Below, piece by piece: positions 31,242 to 44,200 of a DNA stretch of 64,000 nucleotides. Source of the stretch: Azolla caroliniana (taxonomy: Eukaryota > Plantae > Polypodiophyta); contig JBHGNT010000012.1 in assembly GCA_043228905.1 (NCBI GenBank), forward strand, positions 930,001-994,000, read 5' to 3'. The translations under genes and the position numbers were made by a program. The notes under the pieces are model-generated. The model was not told where the DNA came from. It searched no databases and saw only the letters and a list, made by a program, of their open reading frames with translations. The stretch's first letter is position 1. Each line of letters starts with the position of its first letter.

Positions 31242-31859
31242 TCTAGCCACGCAAGAGGATAGTTGGGTAAAGGTGCAAAGAGGTAAACATCGTTTTGCAA
31301 GTGTGGATTCTATGCAAAAGAAAAGGTTGCCTACAGGTAATAAGTTTATATCGCTTTCTATTCCGAATGCAGAGAAGGAACAAAACCATCTGGAAGATGA
31401 GGGTGATGGTCCATCTTCTACTAATTTTTCGAAGATGTTATTGATAGGGATTTGCAATTAATCTCGCTTGTATGTCATGATGATCTGATGCATGAGGATA
31501 AGAATAAGGTAGCGGAGCAAAGTCTCATGATCACAAACCTAGAGACTACATAGGAGTCTTACTAATTGGTGCCTAAGGTGATAGTCTTGCAATAAGATGT
31601 TAGGATGCATCCAGAATTTAAAGGTTGTATAACGAGATCAAGATCTAAGAGCATGGTTGTCATTGGTGGTAGTGCATGTGTAAATTATGAGGAAGAACAT
31701 ACTCGATTGAGCATACATAAGTTCATTGCAAACAAATCGACTAATAAGATAGTTGCTAAAGGCTTGAGAATTTCTACAGAAACATGTAAGCTGAAGAAAC
31801 CTTCGGGGGGGAGTAAAAGTAAGGTTAAAAAACAATTATTATTAACATACGGACAATTA

Positions 31860-33135
31860 TTATCACGAAATTGAATCCTTGTTCTTGTTTAAAACCTTTT
31901 GCCACAATTTGAGATTTATACTTAGGAAGAACACATCGGATGTGTATTTGCTTATACACCCATTTACATGGTAGTGCTTTCCTACCTTTGGGCAAAGGCA
32001 GTAAATCCCAAGTTTCATTTTTATGGATACTATCCAACTCATTTTGTATAGCTTGTTTCCACTTAGCATGATTACGGACAGATATTGCTTCATGGTAACA
32101 TGAAGGCTCGTCGACATCTGATAGCATTACATAATCACCAAATTTACTAGGTGGTTTGACACGCATGGATCTCCTCAATCATGTTGACCAACAACAGTTT
32201 TACTTGACTGAGCACATGTAGAAGCATCTAAATTAATGGAATTTTTTGTTTTGCATTGACAGATAGCACAATATCCTTAAACATGACCTTTCTCACTTTT
32301 CCCTAAAGAGATACGCCTTGGTATTATAAAATCATAAGAAATACAAAAGTTATGTTGGATAAAGGAGTATACCAACCGACTCCATTGTGCTCACATCATA
32401 GCCGATTTGATGTGTACAAAGACTTTTCTCATTTTTACCTCCTATTTGGACTGTTTATGCATTTTATTCTCATCAAAAACAGCATCACTACTTCTAACCA
32501 TAGTATGTGTATCAGGGTCCCATATGCGATATCCAAACTGCCCATCAATTCCATAACCAAGAAAAATACATTTTCTGCATTATAGTCCAATTTCTTTCTT
32601 AGTTGTTTTGGAATGTGTACATATGCGTCAAATCCAAAAACTCTAAGATGGTCACAATGAGGTGTCTTGCCTGTCCACAACTCTTGTGCCACTTTTGGAC
32701 CTATGGTTGTGTTTAGGGATAGATTAATCACATGGATTGTTGTTAAAAAAAGTCTACCCAAAAACCTTTCGAGAGGTTTGCGTGGTGTGGTATAGAGACA
32801 ACACTATCTTGGTTTATTCTATTCGTCCTCTCAACCACACTATTTTGGACAAATGTGTAAGGAGCTGTAAATTCTCTCTTAATGCCTAAATTCATGAGGG
32901 GTATACTCACAGCCATTGTTCGAACGTAAGGCCTTAAGCTTTATGCCTCTTTTCCAACTCAACTGAAACAAGCTATTTTCTGAAAGTAGGGTATACATCA
33001 TCCTTTCCCTTAATCACATAAACCCAAACTTTCTTAGTGACATCATCAATGAAAGTGACAAAGTACAATGCACCACCCAAAGATCTTACGGACATAGTCC
33101 ACAATAATCCGTGTGAACAAGATCTAATGGTTTAG
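31860..33135 (-). mobile_element. Older degenerate Ty1/copia remnant (integrase to RT start)
   Basis: Frameshifted fragments: ELWTGKTPHCDHLRVFGFDAYVHIPKQLRKKLD, EPSCYHEA...KWKQAIQNELDSIHKNETWDLLPLPKGRKALPCKWVYK, and integrase core around 32900-33120. Confidence 0.88.
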
Positions 33136-35277
33136 TGGAGGAGTCAACACGGGCCTTAGAATAACTTGATACTCTCACATGTTTGGATGTTTATTGGTCT
33201 ATATTTTTTGGATGTGTTTTGGACCACATTCTTTAAATTTACGAAATATTGTCCACAATTTCTACTTCATCTTTTGCTCATTCATAATTCTACTTCTTAA
33301 TTATTACAATTCTACTGATTCATGTTTTGCTCATTCACAATTCTATTAATTAATTATCGGTTGTCTCCTTATGCTTTCTTTTTTTTTTCTTCTTTTTTTT
33401 GAAAGAAAGATACACCTTAGTATATTACTTGAGAAATGTACATATAGAAAACAGAAGGAGACATTTCATCTCACCTCTATTGTAATACAAAGGCTAATAC
33501 CAACATCTGATCAAACTGATGATATCATACAAGAAACAAGTGGGGCACAAACTACAAGCTATGCAATAAAAAAGAAGGTATGGCATAATTCCACCTCATA
33601 CCACAAGTTGTCTCCTTATGCTTTACAAACAAATGTTCAACTTTGCTCTTTGCTACTTATTATTTTTTATAACAATAGCATAAAGCATCTAGTCTGACTC
33701 TTATTGTATGTAGATACATATATTTGTGGAATGATTATCTTAATTTCACGCTTCTTATTCAGTCAATATATTTGTATGCTTATTTAGATGCAAATATCAT
33801 AACATGCTTTAAGTGAAGGTACGTGATACATGTACAATTATTCTATGGCTATACCATATGTTTCTGTTGTTTGTTACTATTCATCATTTGCACTTTGATC
33901 TTACATAGAGGCTTGTGTCTATTAAAGATGTTGCATATCTTTTCAAACATATTACAAACCTACAAATAATGACATCTTTAATTTCTAGTGGTATATGAAC
34001 CCCAAGGCAACCAATGACATCGGAAATGTAGTTTATGCACACATCTGGGTTGCATTGAATATATCATATGCAAAGTTACTAACACTATCAAAAGTTTCAT
34101 TCCATTTCCCATGCTAATTTGGAAACATGAATTTCAAATCATTTGGGTTGTTACCTCCATTATTGTTCTCCATTACTTTCTTTCAACTTTTTTGCTTGTC
34201 TACAATCCTAGTGAATGTGGATTTCATCCAAATATTGAGGTTTGGCCAATTTCTCTAAAAAATGAGAATTAGACACCATGGATTTGCACATGGACGATAG
34301 TCTTCTCTTGTTAAAACACGAAAGATGGGGAGTAAATCAAATAGTTGGTTCGACACTTCTAGGTTTTACATTGGGTAATCCAATTCTAGTTTAGCCAGTA
34401 AGTCATATTCTAGTTTCAGCATATCCAATTTCAAACACCGATTAGGCACGGTGTGAAAAACCCTTCCTCGTATGCCCAAAACTGTCATAAGTTAGGCAAA
34501 ATGCTTGGAATATATCTTGAACTGTCTCAAGGGATTGATAAAACTCAAAAGACAGTAATAGAAGATCAATCTTGACGATGAAGAGTTTTACAAAGCTTTG
34601 ACTCTGAAATTTTGCAAGGTGTGAGTGCAAATCATGATATCAATATCAGTTGAGGAGCCTTGTATACACGTTAGAGGCAAAGCCTTCTCCCCACACAAAT
34701 CCAGTTAATACACAAGTTATCATATTATTATTTGCCAAACTGCCATGCATTCAAGCAAGAGGTAATTCATTGTACACATCTCTGGTTATCGTAAATCCAG
34801 AGAACTCCAATCACAATGTTACACTGCATATATGAACATTTGGACAGGAAATGATCAACTTCATGTTCAAGTACGTTTCCAGTGATATTACAAGGAAACA
34901 GCTTAAATAGACCTATTACTCTCAAATGAATCATTTGTGACCGGAACAAATTTCTTTGTTACTGATACAGAGAACCATATTCACACTATCGTTTTATCAA
35001 GACTCGTACTTGTGGAAGAAGCCTTGAGCTATCTCTTTATGTAGAATATCCACACGAATCCTTTACTTGGGGAAAATCTTCTAATTAACTCTTGAAACCC
35101 AATCAGAAGATCGCAAATAGCTGTGCTATTTATATACAAGTATGTTCTGAATTGGTTGTTGGTTATAACCAGCTATATAGCCTGTAAGTTGTCCAACTAC
35201 AAGGACAATTGTTATCAAACAATAAGAAACTAAGGTGAGCAAAATCACAACGAGAAAAAACCCACAATTATACCTGC

Positions 35278-38200
35278 TCATTTCCTCTTATCAGATAACA
35301 ATCCTTGCCCTGCAGTTGGGCTATCTTTCTGCTGCAGCCTTGTTCTGGCTTTCTCCTGTAAAACCAAATGCTTTTTTACATACAATTCTAGGAAAGGATA
35401 ATTGAACATTAATGGATTGAGATATTAAAAATAGAGAAAAATATATGGATATTGAAATTCGCATTAGTGAAAGACCAAAATGAAATACTGCTCTTCTGCA
35501 ATTTGCAACATTGGCAAGCCTTGCTGGGCCTAACTATGTAAGCCCTTCCACTAGAATCAGACCCTCATAGAGAGGAAGAAAATGCTTTGGTAATAAATTA
35601 AATTTACCTCAGAATGAGAATCCCTCAACTGACTTTTGATGCGTTCTTGTAACTGCTTGATCTGTACGTGAAGGTGATCAGCTGAACCAGAACCACTATC
35701 CAGAATGGTAACGGATGCCTCGCTCCCCGACACATGAGTTGTAGCATCATCAGCATGTCGCTCTAGCCCAAATGCTTCAGTTATCTCCACCGATGATGTT
35801 GGCCTAGCAGTAGACAAGAAAGAAAATGGAGTCCCCCAATCTGAGGGTTGTCCAGATTCTAGATCATCCACAGGATTCACCACTGTGTGTGAAGTATCTT
35901 TATATGATCCTAGCGCAGTGGCTGCCTTTTCCAATACACTTGAATCTTGGGCCACAATCTCTTCTGGAAAAGCTTCAGGTGAGTCTAGCTCTTCAATTGT
36001 CTGCTGTCGACGACCCAAAACGTCATTCACATCTTCATCCAGTTCATCTATTGAATCCCAAAGGGCATCAACCTTGTTTTCTCCTCCCTTCTGAAGTGCT
36101 GCTTTCGCCTGTGTGTATACATGTCTCATTGACTCTTTCATCTGAATAGAATGAACATGGCTCCTTAATCCAGAAGTAGAGTCAGAGTGAGCTACTGGCC
36201 ATGTACTCAAACTTGATACAAAATGTTTCGAATTATGAACCTCTTCATCTGAAAAGAATTGAGAGATATATATCCATATTCAGACAATGCTACAGCCACT
36301 TTACCAAAGAATCTACCGGCACAATCGCCATTTAATATATATTCAAAATCTTAGAGAAAGACATCAAGTGTAGCCTCAGCAGCAATAATGCCAGCATAAT
36401 ATATAGCCAATTTAGGAAAACAAGGCACAGAAATATGACATTTTTTAGATTATTATTATTGCATATGTTGATCTCTCGCATTCTTTTCCATTCACCACGC
36501 ATATTATGATCTAAAAATTTCCAGGCATATAGAAGATATTTGTGGCAGGTATGACAATGATGCGAAGATAATTATTACAATATCCATTATTATTACAATG
36601 ATACGACAGAACCAATCTGAGCACAATCAATAACACCACTGAAATAACTATAAATAGATACATTTATGATTGCCAAATATGAATCTAAGCATAACAAACC
36701 ACTTTCAGCATGTAATTAATACATAAGCATATATTAACATTTTCCGACACTCTTTTTCACATGAAATTAAAATAGGCATATTACAAAAAAAAAAAAAAAA
36801 ACCTGATTTTAGTTTCATTTCATATTCTAATTTTCTGGCAAGGTTGTCCTTTGCATCGAATGCTAGTCGAAGCTCCTGCATTTCCTGTTGTATATCATGT
36901 ATCTGTAGGAACAGAAATCATAGGTTTAAGTCCTTAATCTTCTGAAATACTACCACAAAATCAATTCTAAGTGCTTGTTTCATACATCACTGTGTTTCTG
37001 GGCAAGCATTGCCTCAAGCTCTTGAATACGAGCATCTCGAGCCTCAACAGTTTCTGAGAATGTATTGTTTGCAACAGCCAGTTTCCTCTGTAGTTCTTCT
37101 AATTCCAACTCCTTTCTCTGTACAAGTTTGGCTTAGTTTTAGATTTATAAACGTCTCTGAAGAAAAGAAAAAGATAAACCCACATACCCTGCAGGTTCCT
37201 TCCAATGTAGCATACTGATTTTCACGGTCTTCCAAGAGTTTCCGTAATGAGCTAGCTATTTTGAAAGCGCTACTTAGTTTCTCTTGAGACTCATCAGATG
37301 CTCCTTCAAGCTTTTCTGCAGTCTCTTTCAAAGCCTGTACATATATTACATAAGCATTAGATTCTCAGGTTATTTATATTCAAAGAAGATTAAAAGTGAG
37401 AAAAGGTGGATTGGAGAAACCTCTTCATAAGATTTAAGTTGTGCAGACTTCTCAGCAAGCTGAATTTGAAGATCATTTACTGCTTGTTCCATGTTCTGAA
37501 TTTCCAGAGTGTGATGTACCTCTTCTGCAGTATCTTCTGCATTCTTGCATTGTAGCTTTTTCTGCAGTTAAAAAGGTAAGAAAACGTTTTCTGTGTAAAT
37601 ACAGAACTTAAATCTTATTATGAAATCCACTGTAGCTGTACATTAGATGTTCTCTTAAACTTCAGTTTTATATCAGTGAAGTTCCAATTCGGATTTATTC
37701 ATGAGCCAGCATCACCTATTAGCCCGTTCTATTAAGATTGTAAGAGAACCAGAATCATGTAGTAACATTTATATTAGCTGATTGGATTTGATGATGCATA
37801 GGTCTTAGTGCCACTAAGATCATATTTAATAGACATGTATTCTTATGCACAACATCCAGCTGACAGTAATCCTCAACATTAATAAAAAGCGCCAAGGCAT
37901 AGCAATGGATCTATAAATTAACCCTGTGTTTCTAAACCATAGTACACGTTATAGATCATGATTCCTGACTTAGTACTCAGGATGTCTGATATTAAAATAC
38001 AAGATTGCTTCATTTACTTTGTTGCGCGAGAGAAATCATTACCTGCAAACTTAGAATATTCAGTTCAAGCTCTTCAATGCGGATATGCTGTTGTTCCAGT
38101 TCACCCCGCATTGAGCTTTCAATGAAAGCACCATCCTCCAAAGCTCGATGCAGTTCTTCTTCCTGTTTTTCTTTTTCTGACTTTGTCATCTTGAGGTAAG

Positions 38201-41200
38201 CAATCTCAGAAGACATTGTGTGTAACCGATCGATTAATTGTAGATTTTCAACATCTACTGCAGTCGTTTGATGCTTCTGTTCTTCAAACAATGCCTATAC
38301 AAGAGTTGACAATTAATAACAAACCCATAAGAAATACAAATACAACCTGAAAAACCACATATGCTTCCAGTGGAAGGAAAGTTCATATATAAATATCCAA
38401 GCTCTAAAGAACATACAATGGTTACACCATCAAAAAGCGAAATTGTAAAATAACTATCTGGAAATAGTAAGAATGCAGCCACTGAGGATATGGATAAATG
38501 TAATAGACCTCATATGTGCATTGATGATATACTAGGCATTCTCCATTTGAAAACCGTTCATGAATTGGACAGATAAACTCGATTCTCGGTTGAGTGAATT
38601 CAGATTATCCACAGGTGGGACATCATGCATGTAATTTAGTAGAATTGATAAACAGGCAATTCTAGGCCACCTTCAGAAATCCACCTGCAATTATTTGGAT
38701 GTTCAAATATCACATATTTGCAGCAGGTGGAATATACTCTGGTAAGATTCTGAAAGGATGAGATGAAATTGGCTAATGTCTCTAGATGCCGAGGTTAGAA
38801 GGGCTAGACACCTTTATGTATATTTTATCACCTTGTACAGGAAAAAATAAGTAAAATGCGTGACAGCACTTCAAGTGCATCTTCTATTTCTATGAAAAAT
38901 TACTTTTGCTGAACTAGGTTTAAACAAATTATATCTCAGCTTCTGTAATTGGAAAACATGGATATACCTTGGCTTCGAAAAGATCATTTTGGATCTTAGC
39001 GTTCGTGATCAACAGATTCTCAAACGTAGAATGCATCCAGCTATGTAAAGCAATAACCAAAAGTGTGTGTTGACGACGAGAAGCAAGCAAGTGCTCAAGT
39101 TGCAAAGCCCTCCTTTTCCACGCCATGTCCTCCCACCATGACAAAAAGATAACTCTTGCAAGCTGAAATACAATACAAGAAACAGATCAATTTTAGATGT
39201 TACTTTGATTGAACTATTTCCTTCTCATTAACATGCGGTTGACTGTCAATCTCACATTAATGGATGCAGGAAGTCTACGTGCCTGTAGTATCAAAACTTT
39301 TTGGGATGCAATTCAAAATCATTACATTCCAATCAGATACATGTTATACATTTGGACAAAACTAGTCCCATGCATGGTAGATAATTCCAACACTATCTGA
39401 AAGATTTCAAATAAAGTGATCATTCCTATTCTGATTCTTACAACAAACACAACTTTTACTAAATGATGTGGATTTTATTAGAAAACCTCTGTAAGTGAAA
39501 ATAATATACCTAAAACATAGTGTCTTCCAGCCCATTAAAAAAATTTATTTACAACTGAGTAACAATAATCATGGACAAATAAATTTTTAGCAACTGTGAA
39601 AGATTAAACATTAATGGGTGCAGGAATTCTATGTGGCTGTAGTATCAAAACTTTTTGGGATGCAATTGAAAATCATTACATTCCAATCAGAAACATGTTA
39701 TGCATCTGGGTAAAATTAGTCCCATGCATGGTAGACAATTCCAACACTATCTGACAGATTTTAAATAACGTGATCATTTCATATGATTCTTACAACAAAC
39801 ACAACTATTACTAAATGATATGGATTTTATTTGAAAACCTCTGTAAGGAAGTGAAAATAATATATCTACATTGGTGTCTTCCAGCCCATAAAAAAAATTT
39901 ACTTACAACTGAGTAACAATAATCATGGACAAATCAATTTTTTGCAACTGTGAAAAATTAGACATGTACCTTCAGTGCTCTTCGCCTTCTGTGTGCATCT
40001 GCCTTTCTTTTTTTCTGTTTTCTACAGAAACAAAAAGATGGCTATTAATTGAATAATTCATTTACTAACATTATTTTCAGTATTAGGCTCTTACTTTAAT
40101 GCACATAAAACATGGTGTTCTCGCCACAGAATTATGGCTGCCTTCATTAAAGCTTGGTTAGCTTCGAATACTGCCCTCACTTCTGCTTGCTGAAACTTTA
40201 CATTGTGTCTCCAGACAACCAAAACCTGATGGTATATTTGATTTTGAGTAAATCCTCGATACTAAGAAATAGTACAACTTTACACTGCAATAAGATTATA
40301 TTTTATCTAGGCAAACAGAAATTTTATGAGTTATTACACTACATCATTCTATTGTGTCAGACAGATATAGCAGCCAAACATCTTCATTTTCATTTGCTAT
40401 GGTTATCAAGGAAAGAGAATTTGGCTTTGGAAAAGGGAACGAAAATGGATTTCCAAAATAGCTTTAATACTAACCAAGATATTGACACAGAAGAATAGCA
40501 TTTACTCAAGTGTCTGCCAAGAGTATCTATGGGTTGGTTTAAATTTCATTAAATATCTGAGAAGCATAACCTTTTGCTCTTTTATTAATAGAAATATGCC
40601 TTTAAGAGAAAACACAATGACTTTGTCCTGCCTTCAGTTGAAGATTCCAAATATAGTGTCTGAAGGCCAAAGCTTGAGAAGCCTTTTTACGTCGCCTCAT
40701 TTGCAAAAATTTGCACCAAGATTTCATTGCACTACGGCAACTACAAAAACTATTGAACTGCAAAGCTTTCTCTGTCAAAAGCTTCTCGTATCTCAGCACA
40801 AGTATCCCTTCCTGCCACCTGATGAACTCGCCAAAATTTAGAGTCAAAGGCAGAGATAGACCATTTTCGCTAAATACATGTTTTGAAATTTTGTTTAAGC
40901 CAAAGCCATACATGGTAGAGAAATGACATCAAAACTACCTGCAGAAAAATCTCCTTCGACGCCAGGTCTCCTCATATTCACAAGCTTTCTGTTTTTTCAA
41001 CTTGTTTTCATGCGATAGACAAATGAACAATCGCCATGCTGCCAGGGTTTGTCTCTGAATTAACCTATTCATATGATCCCGAACACCTGATAATCTTACC
41101 TTCCTCGGCTTAGATAAGCAATCCATCCACCACATCCAGCTTTTAAAAACTCTCCTACAAGCACTATCTTGCCAAAACTCCTTGGCAACAACAGTGAGCT

Positions 41201-44200
41201 TTTGTTCATCGTCTGGACTGAGTTTTCCTATTTGTAGTAAACTATTCCATCTGCCAAATGCTTTACGCATACATGATTTTTTCCTCTCCTTCAATGCCTC
41301 ATGGAACTTTTTGTCTGCAAGAACTAAAAGCAGCCATGCCCGACAAACCTCCCGCAGGCAAGCCTACATGATTACAGAAATTGTATAAATTCAAGTATTT
41401 ACCATCCAAGAAAATTATCCAGGTTCAACAAACACAAATGAATTTCAATATTGTAGTGCAAACCTTTTATTTTTATGTTAATTAATCCAATCTCTACCTA
41501 TCCAATGTGGATGGAAGTGAATAAGGTATTTTTCAAGGTATAGTAGTTCATTCACATCATAATATACAAATTGTCCAAAATTACATGGTCCAAAAGACAT
41601 GGTATATCTGCTTTACTGGAGAAATGGAAATCTGTAGAACATTCTCCTTAGAACATTAACTCTTGAAGGAGACAATATGAGTCCTATGGAATAACACCCA
41701 TTCTCCTCCCAATGTTCTTGATATATGGAAGAATAATAGTAAGATGGAGTTATCCTTTAGAAAAAATCTAAAAGTATCGTCAATGATGAGGATATTATTG
41801 TAATTCTAAATTTGCTATTAGCTCTCCTACAACAGCTACAATCCCTTTTGCTCATAACTATTGTAACTGCATGTTTAGTCGAAAACACTGCTTTATGTGT
41901 CTGTAGCTCCACATTACAAAGCACTTACATGTTTCTGTTTTAGTGGCGTCTAACTATATCTTCCTTCTGCCTCAAGTTCTCACTTCAATAAAAATGCCGA
42001 ATCTTACTATAAATTTTGCCATCATCCTGGATGAACTCTCTAAGTATACTTTAATGCTTACAAATTTCTGATCTTACAAATAGTCTAAGTTTAAAGGGAT
42101 CAGAAAGGGAAAAAGTATGCATTAATGTCAAAAAGAGACCAAACGAGACATTATATCTTAAAATGTTGTCTCATCTTTGAGAATGATAAAAGTTGCCTCT
42201 CTCTAATTTGCCAAACATGCATAGGTGAGGGGGGTGATGAAAGAGGCACAATAGAAATAAAAAAGCAATTAGATTGTAAAATCTAGGGTTGTAGTTGAGA
42301 ACCAATTTCCAGTTAGATTGCAATCAATCAGCTCCTAACAAACTTTTTAGGTGTGTCTACCAAGTTTGAGTAAGCTGGAAATGATAAACCAACATAGCAT
42401 TAGATAGAGTCATACCTTCGACTGCTGTGCTTGAGCTTTCTTCATCCAGTTAGAGCGCACAGCAGCTAGATGCATAAAACGCAATCCACGCCTACGACAT
42501 TTGTCTTTGGAAAATGCAGATGCAGCTTCCTCATTAAATTTGTCTTCACGCTGCCTTTCTGCTGCTTCTCTTAATAAATATAACATTCTTCTTAGTAAAG
42601 GTCTTTTACAATGTTTTGCTATAGTTTGATTTCTTTTTTCCTACATAAGAGAAGCATTACTTGGTCATTGAGAAGAGAATATATCACTTTTCTCCAGATA
42701 AAAAATTGCTCGAACAAACCTCCATAATAAGAGCTTGAAGTTCTTTGCTATATTTATCAGCTTTTTGTTTCAGAGAATCTGCCTCTGCACAATAATTATG
42801 GATCTCGTCCTCAAGTCTTGCTTTGGCATTTAATGTACTCTCCAGTTCTGCCTAAAACCCAACCAAGAATCTAAACAAATGAGTTTAACATTAGATCCTA
42901 GAGCTCACAGTCAAAGTTGCTGATATGCTCCTAAAAAGTGCGTTTTCTAAAGATAATAAAAAAAGATATGATGTTCTGGCCCATATTAAAAACTGAAATA
43001 GATGAATAAATTATTAACAAAAACTAATCTGGATTAAAACAGAATGCTCCAAAAGTTAAAGGGAGAAATATATATGAAATATGTCTAATACATTGAAACA
43101 AGATTCAAAGTGAAAAGTGGGTCCATCACTGCTTTTATCATGCCTTCATTTCAAAAGCTCTTGATGTGTGGAATGAACAATGACGAGCATCTTAGAAAGA
43201 AAGAAAGATATAGTAATGCCTTCTATGAGGCCAAAGTGGCTTATAAGACCAAACATGAGATTAAAACTAAAAATGTTGTCTATCTCTGAGAACAAAAAAG
43301 ACAAAATAAATGTAACAAAGTAAGTAAGAATAAAAATAACTAAAGAATCCTGTTATCTATGCATGTAAGTTTCCCACGTAACAAAGATTGTAATTTTTTT
43401 CTTCGAAACATCTCTAGCATAGGTCAATCCGGAATGGGGAGATCTCTGAAGTGAGGGAAGCACCTCCATGGTGGGAGATAATGACCTTTATCTATCATTG
43501 ACAAGGATGGTGAGATCATGGTCCACAAGGTCAGGACATACATGCATGACAAATTACTATTGACTGATCTATTATAACCTCTTTGCAATGTATTGGTCAA
43601 GAGCCCACGTTTTGAGCCCTTGATTGACTTGTAGCATGAGTAGGACTGGTGGGGTTAAAGAAAGTTGTGATTGTTCTTTGTTGATGAGCTTGCATGGTTG
43701 TATTCATGTCCTTCAACAACTTCTCCATGTCTCTCTTGAGTTCAAGCAAGAATAGCCCCAATCACCATTGGTCTTCATATTCTGTTACCCTTTCATAGTG
43801 GGCCAAATCCTTGGTTAAAGAAGCAAAGGTATATTCCCCTTATTCAAAAAAATCAATGCAGTGGCATACATAGTGTTCTTCATATTCCACTCCCTGATGA
43901 CACAAGTGTCAGATTCTTTCTTTCCAAAGATGGTTTTGCTTATCTGCCTACCTCAATCTACAGCTAGTGAGAAGCGGTTCACAGCTGCCCAATCACACTA
44001 CGCAATGCATGAGATAGATGTTATTTCCAGGTCTGATGATGAATCCATCCTTGGATGTGTGTAAAAAAGGTGCCTTATATATAGTGATCCATCTTCCTAC
44101 CAAGAGATATTGTGGGGCTGATCCATGTTCTTCCATTATCCAATTTGATAATATTGGTTCAGATCACTTTATTCTTTTTTCCACTTTGGTCATGTTCACA

